DNA of 64,000 nucleotides, taken from positions 22,258,001-22,322,000 of the forward strand of contig OZ024747.1 of NCBI GenBank assembly GCA_964016885.1, given 5' to 3'. The stretch is from Eledone cirrhosa. Taxonomy: Eukaryota. The notes beneath the pieces were generated by a model. The model was not told the DNA's origin. It saw nothing but the letters and a program-made list of their open reading frames with translations, and ran no database searches. Below, piece by piece: positions 52,746-64,000 of the stretch (within the stretch, counting starts at the first letter, position 1; the number at the start of each line of letters is the position of its first letter). Position numbers and translations under genes: made by a program.

Positions 52746-53157
52746 AGCAGATAAGGCATTAATGTTAATGATTCTTCTAGTTAATAAATTGGTTGGATAT
52801 ATAATTTAAATTCTGTCTAATTGATTAAGACACTAGTATTTCAGAATTTGTATCCATCATCAGTAACACTTGCTTGGTACTGAGAAACGTATATACAGTA
52901 TTTAGTTTCATTATTTCTCATGTTTACATTCTGAATTCAATTACCTTTTGAAATCAAATTTACTTTTCATCTCACCAAATGTGGATAAAATAATCAGTAT
53001 ACCGACGCCATTTCAATTGACTATATTCCTCCTTCTCCACCTTCAAAATCTTTTTCGTGAAGAGAAATGATACAAATTTGCATCAATATTTTGCTGTTTA
53101 TTTACATTAATACTTAAATACAATAATAAATATATTTGCCAAAACCAATAGATTTTG

Positions 53158-53189
<32 letters not shown>

Positions 53190-53194
<5 letters not shown>

Positions 53195-53698
53195 TGGGAC
53201 GAGCTGATAAACTCCGACATCACACACTTACACCTCTCCAAGACAATGTCACTGGACCGAGACCTTTGGCGGTACTCAGTAACAGAGAAGACCCGCCTTA
53301 CCTAAATATATAGTAAAACCTACTCCAGCCAGTAGGCATCTCTAACAAATACACCCCGTCCCACCACCCCCACCCGATCCACACCACCCCGTTCTATGTA
53401 AAGTTATGTTGGTGCCGCGCCATCGAGGCCGAAACAAATGAGATCGTGTAGGTGTCACGACAAAAAACACACAGTCCACGCTGTAATGTGGCCGTGTAGG
53501 CAACACGGTAAAAACCTCCCAGACCCACACTGTAAATGTGGTTGGTGTTAGGAAGGGCATCCAACTGTAGAAAACCTGCCAGACAGTCCTATGCGAGCAA
53601 GACAATCACTCTTGCCTCAAGTGGGACTACCCCCGTCCAAACCCATGCAAGCGTGGAACACGGACGTTAAACGCTGATGATGATGATGATGATGATGA
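53190..53698 (+). mobile_element. Retroposon family 2 with (gat)n tail
   Basis: Similar to 24650-25055; follows a (TA)n run. Confidence 0.75.
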
Positions 53699-53712
53699 TA
53701 TATATATATATA

Positions 53713-54171
<459 letters not shown>

Positions 54172-54382
54172 CTTTTCCTAGGTCCTGTATTTTCGTTGCT
54201 CTAGTGATGTGGCTGGACTGTCGACCGCTATATCTGATTTGCTAAGCTGTCTGAACGTAATGTTATTACTCTGGGGTCTTTCCTCATCTGAGTGCTCAAG
54301 CTACAGACCGATTATACATATACGTTAGCTTGGCCGTATTCTAAAGCTTCGTCAATGCTGTACTAAAATTTATATATATATA

Positions 54383-54507
54383 TAATTGTTTCTACTTTTG
54401 GCACAAGGCCAGCAATTACCCAGAGCATTACTGGTACTTTATTTTATCGACCCCGTAAGGATGAAAGGCAAAGTTAACCTCGGCGAGAATTAAACTCAGA
54501 CCATAAA
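54383..54507 (-). mobile_element. SINE family 1, 5'-truncated
   Basis: Near-identical to the 2607 copy. Confidence 0.8.
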
Positions 54508-55021
54508 ATGATATGAAACGAAAGGAGCTGTGTGGTTACTAAAAACAAGGTTTAGGATGGTGGATACGGCAGAAGAAAGGAGTTTCCTTCGTCAAACGAA
54601 AGACTTTATATCCTCTCTATTTATTTCGTTATATATATTTCGAAGATGTAAAGTTTTCTGTATAACAGAAAGCAAAGCATGTCCTCCTCAGATAAAATAC
54701 ATAGAAAATGTATAATTTTCATATGTTGGTAGACAAACGAGCTGGACAGATCTCTCTCTCTATATAAAGACACACACACACACTCACACTCACACTCACA
54801 CACACACACACACACTCACACACACACACACACACATATATAAGGTGGCTTGCTGACATATTGTTCATAAAAGTGTACATAGAATTTTGGTCATGATGAT
54901 GATATGAACTCTGATCAATGCAATTTGATATCTTGATTCAATTTAATATCACGTGATACATAATTTCAGGCATTCATGGTGTAAGTTCATTTCAATGGAG
55001 TTTCTTTGGCTGGTTTCACAA

Positions 55022-55381
55022 GTGGTGTCCAGCCACAAGTATATGCACTTTAAGAGAGTGGTGTCCAGCCACAAGTATATGCACTTTAAGAGAGTGGTGC
55101 CCAGCCACAAGTATATGCACTTTAAGAGAGTGGTGCCCAGCCACAAGTATATGCACTTTAAGAGAGTGGTGCCCAGCCACAAGTATATGCACTTTAAGAG
55201 AGTGGTGCCCAGCCACAAGTATATGCACTTTAAGAGAGTGGTGCCCAGCCACAAGTATATGCACTTTAAGAGAGTGTAGCCCAGCCACAAGTATATGCAC
55301 TTTAAGAGAGTGGTGCCCAGCCACAAGTATATGCACTTTAAGAGAGTGGTGCCCAGCCACAAGTATATGCACTTTAAGAGT
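55022..55381. repeat. 36-bp minisatellite, 10 near-identical copies
   Basis: gtggtgcccagccacaagtatatgcactttaagaga, head-to-tail with no spacers. Confidence 0.95.
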
Positions 55382-55598
55382 GTGCAATCCAAGCACTGCA
55401 TTGGTTATAGTGCCGAGTTCTCGCTTTCACACCCAACCCAATTAGGTGGAACCAGTGCTACATGGGAGTGAGTTTTCCCAGCAGAGGTGATAAACACAAC
55501 CTATTTGGGCCATTTTCTAGGCCATCAGGTGCTCACCCCACCGCCCAGCTCAGACATACCGACCCTCGACACCATTTGTATGTGTTGATATATATATA

Positions 55599-55664
<66 letters not shown>

Positions 55665-55717
55665 TATGTATATATATATATGTATATACATATACGGTTA
55701 ACCCCAATAGCCTTGTG

Positions 55718-55749
<32 letters not shown>

Positions 55750-56916
55750 CATCCTTATCACTGCACCCCCACCCCATCCATTCCCCCTCCTGTATCACTC
55801 CTTAGCTAACCCCCTCGCTATCACACCCTAGCACCGCCTCCACTACTACTCCTTAGTTCTGTTCTTAACAACACTCCCCCTCTTGCTGACACTGGTGAGT
55901 GTGCACCCCCACCCCTGTACTATTGGCCACACCATCCACATCCCCTACTACTATCTCCATTTAGGTATTCACACCACCACTATATCCCCCTCCCCCCCCC
56001 CCATTCCTCTACTCATCACCTGTCAAATCACACCACACTCGCCGTACATCCATAATTTCATATCTATGTCCCTTTTCATCTCACCTTCCAACCCCTATAG
56101 AACAGAAAGGCCAACAACCTCTCTAGTGTTGGTACCACAAAAATGCACTGGGTACACCCTATAAGTTGGTTGGTGATAGAAAACACTGAACAGGGTTGAG
56201 AAGACCCTTTTGTTGTGTCAATGTCACTATAAACACTTTCAGTACAACAAAGGTTGGTGATAGGAAGGACATTCAGCCATAGAAAGCTTGCCAAACAGGC
56301 TTGGAAGGACCCTGTGGTTAGAAAAAGCTATCTCACTTACCGCTTTTCATAGGCGCCGCTAAATTCCACTGCTGGTCTCTCCTCTCCCACGTGCGTCCAA
56401 CTGCTTAACACTGGGAGCTGCCAAAACTCACGTCCACACCGTTGCTGGTCACCACTAGAGGCCATCTGCTGGCCCTTCCGGTCGAGCATCCGTCCGGCCA
56501 AGCACCCTTCCGGTCGAGCACTCCCCCGCTTCCGGCCACCGCACGCCACACCATACCCACAGACCCTGCAGTTGTGTCAAAGACATGACAACTTCTCTAG
56601 TGCTGATGCCACAATAAAATGCTACTCAGTAGTAGATGGAACTATATGTAAGTGTGATGTAGACTGCCAGCCTGTCTGAGAGGCTTGTATTCTGCTTCAG
56701 TACTGACTACCTGTCCAACTCTTGCCAGCAGGAAAAGTGGATGTTAAATGATGATGATGATTTCTATATACGTATGTTCATGTATATATTTATATTATAC
56801 ATCATATCTGTATATCATCATCATCATCATCATCATATATATAATGTATGTATTCAGGACCGCTCCGGCTGAGCTCCGGCTGTTTCAACAGCTAGATCCA
56901 AACTGTATATATATAA

Positions 56917-56952
<36 letters not shown>

Positions 56953-57254
56953 GGTGGCTGCCAACTCGTTTTCGAGTACGGCCACTACTTCATATCCATG
57001 TAGGAGAACCCCTACCGATCCGCTGAACGAGTGTGACTTTTTAGTCCAGCCAGCGACTTGAAAACTCTAGTACAAAGACTACACTTGTGACAATTATTGA
57101 CACATAGTGTTGGGCCCATGGTACCATGTGACGACAAGTGCAGAGAGATCTCCAGATATAAAGCAATGCCTGTGCCGTGAAGCTTTTATAGTGAGCAAAG
57201 GCACTGCACAAAGCCAGTCCCACTCTCTTAACCAAGATGATATTTACCAAAAAG

Positions 57255-57551
57255 AACAAGTCAACATCATTGGATACCATCAGGGTTGCAGGTGTTATAT
57301 CAGAGTTTTCCTTCTAGAATTCTGCCTTGACAAAGGCTAAGGGGTCATCTCTCCCGGTGATTTTGGATGGCCATTGACTCTTAAGAGCTCCTTTGCCCTT
57401 TGACAGGTTTTTATTTTACTCCTGCAGGATGTCCAAAGTCACCCTCCTCACCAAGAAACCTTGGTGGGGTTGCCAGTTTAGTCGCCAACGACCCGACCAT
57501 GAGACAGGTTGTACTGGGATACATGTTACCAGTAGCACCAACTGGTGACCT

Positions 57552-57555
<4 letters not shown>
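57255..57555. mobile_element. Probable LINE/SINE UTR fragment
   Basis: GC-richer block (gttttccttctagaattctgccttgacaaaggctaagggg...) bounded by (TA)n; resembles RTE-type retroposon UTRs; family not established. Confidence 0.4.
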
Positions 57556-57607
<52 letters not shown>

Positions 57608-57734
57608 GCATCCCGATGTAAATCGGGAGGTGATCACTGTCAAAAAAGTATTCAATATGTTAGTATAGTATACAGATATTCATTTTATTATAGAAATGAT
57701 TTCTACAGATCCAGAACTGTTTCAAATTACATAT

Positions 57735-58123
57735 CCCTCTCCCTCTCCCTCTCTCTCCCTCTCTCCCTCTCCCTCTCTCCCTCTCCCTCTCTCCCTCTCC
57801 CTCTCCCCCTCTCTCCCTCTCCCTCTCCCCCTCTCCCTCTCCCTCTCTCCCTCTCCCTCTCTCCCTCTCCCTCTATCCCTCTCTCTCTCTCCCTCTCTCT
57901 CTCCCTCTCTCTCTCTCCCTCTCTCTCTCTCCCTCTCTTCCTTTTCTCCCTCTCTTTCTCTCTCCCCTCTCCCTCTCCCTCCCTCTCTCTCCCTCTCCCT
58001 CTCCCTCTCTCTCCCTCTCTCTCCCTCTCCCTCTCTCTCCCTCTCCCTCTCTCTCCCTCTCCCTCTCTCTCCCTCTCTCTCCCTCTCCCTTTCTCTCCCT
58101 CTCTCTTTCTCTCCCTCTCTCTT

Positions 58124-58155
<32 letters not shown>

Positions 58156-58295
58156 CCTCTCTCCATCTCCCTCCCTCTCCCTCTCCCTCTCTCTCCCTCT
58201 CCCTCTCTCTCTCTCTCTCCCTCTCTCCCTTTTCTCTCTCTCTCCCTCTCTCTTTCTCTCTCCCCTCTCCCTCTCTCTCCCCCCCTCTCTCTCTC

Positions 58296-58394
<99 letters not shown>
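57735..58394. repeat. ~660-bp polypyrimidine (CT/CCCTCT)n tract
   Basis: Almost purely C/T on the + strand. Confidence 0.96.
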
Positions 58395-58574
58395 TATCGA
58401 TTTTAGTCTTTGGATTTTAGTCTTCAAATTTATTATTATTACTATATATATATTGTTATACTTGGGGAGGGTCATATTTGTGTAATATTGCCAGAATTAA
58501 TAACAGAACACACTCACTGTTTGGTTGGTTTTCGCTTCTCGCTGTCTTTTATATCACATATCGCAAAACTAAAA

Positions 58575-59870
58575 CTATATATATATATATATATATATAA
58601 TAGAGGATGACTGTCTGTCTGTGTAAATCCCTAAAACTCGAGAAGTACCTATCCCAATTTTTTCTAACTTTGCACATGCGTTACTTATATTTCTTGAAGT
58701 GTAATGGGCTAAAAAAAATTCAATTTTTTCTGCCCTAGGGCCTGCATTAGGCGAAAAACTGCATTTTTTAGGCATTTTTAGGCTTTTTTGAGGCGTAACC
58801 TAAAGATAATCCAGCCGATTTCCTCGAAATTTGCAGCTCACATTAGTTAGTCCCCTTGCATTGCTGTGGACATTCCGTTAATGGGTTCTAGGAAATTACG
58901 AATTAGCATTGGGCATTACATGCCATTTCCATTCTCAATAACGCTACGTAAGTAGCGTAATGTCGTAAAAAATTTGGTGTATTTAACAGAGGGCACAACA
59001 CTTACAGTTAAGCAGAACCATTTTTGGGGGATTGAGGAAATGAGGACAATTGGGCATTACATGCCATTTCCATTCTCAATAACGCTACGTAAGTAGCGTA
59101 ATGTCGTAAAAAATTTGGTGTATTTAACAGAGGGCACAACACTTACAGTTAAGCAGAACCATTTTTGGGGGATTGAGGAAATGAGGACAACCTTAAAATT
59201 TTTGTCGGCGCCCTGTTGACGCTTAGTGCTTTCATCACGCGCAAATCCGAGCCCTCTGTATGTTGCCGTGTTATTGACACCGTAAAACTCACGTCTGTGC
59301 TACTTCTACTAAGACCCCTTTTGTTGCACCTACACCGCAGTATGAACACCCTGGGCAAGTACGCCGAACAGCGGTTGTGCTAATTCCGCAACGACCCCTT
59401 TTGTCGCACCTTTGTTGCTGTGTAAATGCAGTGCAACCAGTGCCGCCCAGTGTTTGTGCTAATTGCACTATGACGCCCTTCTGCTGCAGCTGCGTTGCCA
59501 CGCTAATTTCGTCATCTCAATATCCCTACTTAAACGTACATCCCTACTTGGTTTTCACATAATTGACTATGTCGCTCCTTCAGACTGACGCGTGTTGCCC
59601 ATCCGTTACGTAATTCGTGAACAGACTTGCGACATACATCACCCCACAACACATACTTACTCCTTTCGCATACAGGATTTCCGCAATCAGCCCACTGACA
59701 CTGCTACTACTGGATTCGGACTGCTGGTGTTCTATGTTTCCAGTAGATGAACAATCATTCCCTGAGAATAAGGGAATTCAAAAAGTACACTGCTACATTT
59801 CTCAATCTTTGCATATGCCTGTTGCTATTTCACGTTTCCTACCCCGTGCAATGCCGGATTCTGCTGCTAG
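58575..59870 (+). mobile_element. Non-autonomous Helitron-like element
   Basis: 5' C(TA)n...tgtctgtctgt start; ccgatttcctcgaaatttg subterminal motif; 3' GC-rich hairpin-like ccgtgcaatgccgg followed 10 nt later by CTAG|T; no TSD seen. Confidence 0.75.
58908..59189. repeat. 141-bp tandem duplication inside the Helitron
   Basis: attgggcattacatgcc...gaaatgaggaca starts at 58908 and again at 59049. Confidence 0.93.
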
Positions 59871-59871
59871 T

Positions 59872-60195
59872 ATCATCATCATCATCATCATTTCATTTTA
59901 CGTCCGCTTTTCCCTGCTTGCAAGGGTGGGACGGGAACTGATTTTGGCTTGATTTCTACAGCTGGATGCCCTTCCTAACACCAACCTCATTTACAGTGAG
60001 TGCTGGGTGCTTTTTTGTCGTGGCACCTCCACGACCACTTTGCAGTGGAATGATTTGGACCCCAGTCCCTATCATCTCATTTCTACAGCTGAGTAAACTG
60101 GAGCAATGTGAAATAAAGTGTCTTGCTCAAGGAAACAACACATCACCCGGTGTGAGAATTGAACTCACAACCTTTCGACTGAGCCATGTGCCTCC
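59872..60195 (-). mobile_element. tRNA-headed SINE family 2 with deletion in the tRNA head
   Basis: Near-identical to 53713-54037. Confidence 0.85.
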
Positions 60196-60206
60196 ATCAT
60201 AGTATG

Positions 60207-60274
<68 letters not shown>

Positions 60275-60462
60275 TGTGTGTGTGTAAGTATGTATGCATA
60301 TGTGTGTGTGTGTGTTTCATTACATTGAATTATATACATTCTAAAGATATGTTTATTTAAAGAATACATGGACCGTGTATAATAGCTTATAATGAAATTT
60401 ATTGGAAAAATTGAAATTTGTAATCATTGGCTTAGTCTATTTTAATTAAGTATTTTCTATTC

Positions 60463-60540
60463 ATCATCCTTACAGAGTCGATAAAATAAAGTACCAGTAA
60501 TGCACTGGGTAATTGCTGGCCAAAAGTAGAAACAATTATT
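60463..60540 (+). mobile_element. SINE family 1, 3' fragment
   Basis: catccttacagagtcgataaaataaagtaccagtaatgcactgggtaattgctggcc...gtagaaacaattatt. Confidence 0.75.
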
Positions 60541-62351
60541 GATATTCTACTGAGTAGAAACTTTTTTCTGATTTGACAACTGAAGATCATTCAGCTGCTG
60601 CTGTATTTATTTTCAAATGAATGTCATATATCCTGACCAAACTCTCTTCAAAGTATTAGTTCTAGGACTTTGTCACAGCAGCCAGAAGTTAACAATTACT
60701 ACTATTAATATTTGGTTTGATAGTTAATTCTCTCCTATCACTTTTGTTGCTTTTTTTTTTTTAATGAGTTTTGCTAATTTTTTTTTTTTGTGTGGTGGGA
60801 GGCCTTATTCTTTCTTTTTCAGTTTTGAAGTATTTTTATTACATCTCTACTCTGTTTTGAGAAGCTTCGTCAGATAATTTCATAGGATAATGGCAACAAA
60901 GTCTTGTTAGTTTTGTTTTTATAGCAGCTTTTCTAAGCTGGATGTATCACTATTAAGAAATATCTGTATTTGAATTTGTTTAGAAAACAAACAAAAATAT
61001 TTATTACTCCAGTTAAAATTATGGCATGGCATGTTTTGACCTGGTGTTGTTCTGAGATAAAACAGCCTTATGAGGTATGTAACTGCTTAGTTCACTGTTG
61101 GAATTTCAGTTTAAGACATCACTACTTTTCTCATGATCAGTTTTACTTCAGAAGTCATTTTATTATATTTTATTGGAGATTTAAAATAGTGATTTTTATA
61201 TTGTTCTTTGTTCATTGAAAGTATATTTCAACTGTTAGAAAAACATTCTATATTTAGCACAATCTCTTAGTTTTTCAGACATCACTCTTCAAATTTTACT
61301 CACATTTGCTATATCTTCCGCACTGGGATTTTGATATTATAAATAAATGGTTCTTGTACTTGGGCTATATTTGCATTTTCTTGAACCAGTAAACTCTAGT
61401 GTCATTGTTTGGTGGATTGGCAGTATTGGTAGAGCATCTGACAAAACATATTTAAAATATTGTTGGTATATTAATAGTGAAAGGTCTATAAGCTGTCTTT
61501 TTCAGTACTACTTGAAATGGTTCTGAAACCTTCAAGAAGCAGATATATACTTAAAAATAACCTAATCTGTATTTCATGTAAAATTGTGTGATGTTGTTTA
61601 GCAACAGATCAACTCTGTTTAAGCAGATCTATAATCAGTTATTCCAGCCATGAGTATGTAGTCCTATTTAGGACTACATAATCCAATGTAATTTTTCTTT
61701 ATTTAAAATGGTAGGGTAAGGGAAATTTGACTGATATTTCTAGCAGATCTAGCAACCTTATAGAGGCTGTCTAGTTGGTTTGTGGTATCTGGTTGTTTTG
61801 GCTTTGTTTTATTTTCCCCTTTAGCAAATTAGAAGCTGAAATAAATAATATCTGAAATATAAAACTATTTAATGTTTAATAATACACATAAAAAAGGGTT
61901 CTTTCTACTACAAGAAGTTCTTTTAAACATTTGGTAGTAGTATATCTTTTTACAAGTAATGTATTCTAGATATTTCCAAATATTCAGTAAAGTAATGTTT
62001 GAGTACTGGGGATGATTTAGTTGGTTAACCCATCCTTTACATCTGAGTGTTTGTACTTATGATACAAATTAGTATTATGTAAATTTCACTTATGATGTTT
62101 GAAGTTTTATGATGTTTGAAATCTTAAAATAGCCCAAACGTTTTCCATACTTAATTTTATTTTAACAATTTAATCAAAGGATTTTATTATCTTCTTTTAT
62201 GTATATTTATAAAGGTGGAAAGGTTATGTCTCATTAAGGTGACATCTCATTTTAAAGTTGTATGGAGGACTCCAGTTGATATAATTTATTGGTGGAGGGG
62301 GTAATATTTCATTTCATTAACATTCTAAAAAGTCTGTGACTAGTGATTACC

Positions 62352-62585
62352 TCATTTCATGTACTTTAACAGATGTGTAGGGGACTTCATTCCATGTTCT
62401 TTAACAGATGTGTAGGGGACTCCATCTCACATACTTTACAATTGTGTAGGGGGAATTCATTTCATTTACTTTACAATTGTGTATGGGGAATTCATTTCAT
62501 TTACTTTTACAGATTTGTAGAGGACTTTATTTCACATACTTTACAGATGTGTGTGGGGGAGGGGCTTCATTTCATGTTCATTAAC
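62352..62585. repeat. Degenerate ~35-bp minisatellite, ~6 copies
   Basis: catttcat(g/t)tacttta(a)ca(g/a)(a/t)tgtgtaggggac variants. Confidence 0.8.
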
Positions 62586-62832
62586 TCTGTGTTTTTCTTC
62601 CATGCTATGAACTTGTAATTAAAATGCTTTTCCTTTTGTAGAGAAACATATTCATTTTTTTTTCCTGACCAAATATAGGCTTTTCATCATAAAACACTGT
62701 TCTGATACTATATTTAAAACACAAGATTAATTTGTACATATTTGTCTATATTTCATATTCTGTTTGTTTTTAGAATTTAGAGTAGGCATGGAATTAATGA
62801 CACTTTGTTGAGATATAGATTCTAAATTTCAG

Positions 62833-64000
62833 GGTAAGAATATGCCTCCCAAAACAAAAGATCCAGGTCTTTGTGAGAAATCTTCAACAGTTGTGACAAA
62901 AGAACAAAATTTGACAGGTTTTGACCATTCCATTCCAAATGGGTTTCATAGTTCAAATTCATCCAATACAGATAGCACTGAGGACCTTGAGGAGCATCCA
63001 TATAGTTTTTCCCAATCAAATCTGAATGAACAAATTATTACACCTCCTTCTACTCTATCTGATATCCATCAGTATGTGTCTGATCTTGACTGCTATTGCA
63101 GAAACTTTATTAAAGGATTTTGGGATCCTCTTAGTTGTAAATTTGCTCATCCTTCTAATATGAAATTGCTCAACCTTCGTGAAAGTTTAGAATCTGGTTT
63201 ACTCTATGGACCTAGTGTGAAGCTTTATCTGAGTCCCTCATCATCCATTAGTTTAGAGCAAGCTTTTCTATCAGGACAGGTTCACATTGATAATGGAAAC
63301 TTAACCGTTAGCAACAGTACTTTGCAATATTCTCTGACATCAGCATTCGAAGAAAAAATGATTTATTTGGAACACCCTGAAATAAAGGAATCAGAATTTT
63401 TACAGTTTCGTAGTAAAATTGGTCCTGCTTTATTTGACCTTATCAAGGCAGGATCTGTTACTGCAGCAACCAGACTATTAGATGTAGAAAAACAAGAATT
63501 TATTAATTTAGCCACTGGTAGTGAGAGAAATCTGTTTAATATTCAGAATGGGCAGATTCAGAACTCTTCATCAAAAAGATGGCTAAGCTGGAATGCAGCG
63601 TTGCATAAAGGCTTTATAGTTGACAAAATTGAAGCTTCTATTGCTGATCTGGTAAATGATGGAAATGTCGATAGTTCAAATGATTTGTTTAAAGAAACTA
63701 CCACAGGAAAATGGTTTACATTGGATGAGATGATCAGTTTTCAATATTTGAATTTATATTCTAAAGAAGTTGTCAATACAAAATCCAAACAAATTCTTCC
63801 AATAAAAGAAGCTTTCTGTGAAAATATTCTTCATTCAAATACTGGTGGATGTTTTTATCTTGATCTGGATAAGAATAGACAACTAACTATCACAGAAGCT
63901 GTAAACAAAGGATTTTTGATTTCACATAAACATAAACTTTTACTTCAAGAAGAAACTGAAAGCAATTCATCTAATCTAATTTTGAATTCCAATATTACAG
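62833..64000 (+). CDS. Second large exon with divergent plakin-like repeats, truncated by the window end
   Basis: Frame +1 open from after TGA 62809-62811 to 64000 (~389 codons). Candidate phase-0 acceptor tttcag|GGT AAG AAT ATG. Motifs GFWDPLSCKFAHPSNMKLLNLRESLESGLL, FKETTTGKWFTLDEMI, DLDKNRQLTITEAVNKGFL. Exact start uncertain. Confidence 0.82.

Noticed and set aside
55022-55381. 36-bp repeats as a CRISPR array
   Set aside because: Units are directly head-to-tail with no unique spacers, there are no cas genes, and the context is a eukaryotic intron
57696-58475. Ser/Leu/Pro-rich and Arg/Glu-rich ORFs
   Set aside because: Translations of the (CT)n tract

Overview
AT-rich metazoan genomic DNA. 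The SINE and MITE content resembles octopus/coleoid cephalopod genomes; this taxonomic call is an inference. The whole window lies inside one + strand gene, a spectraplakin/plakin (Shot/MACF1/dystonin-like). I could read 27 small GT-AG exons (1194-39161) whose splice phases join into one continuous frame. They encode the second calponin-homology domain, then the plakin domain (spectrin-like repeats with an embedded SH3). Next is a 12,450-bp phase 0-0 exon (40072-52521) with dozens of plectin/plakin repeats, about 44 copies of a 13-aa PSTPDVPQRGQQ[A/T] repeat and two Gly/Ala-rich hydrophobic segments. After a 10.3-kb TE-rich intron, a second large open frame of divergent plakin-like repeats starts near 62833 and runs off the window end; the ORF track missed it. 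The gene start (CH1) and C-terminus are outside the window. Introns hold tRNA-derived SINEs, TTAA-flanked piggyBac-type MITEs, a non-autonomous Helitron, minisatellites, microsatellites and several hairpins. All other short ORFs in the track look like noise or exon read-throughs.
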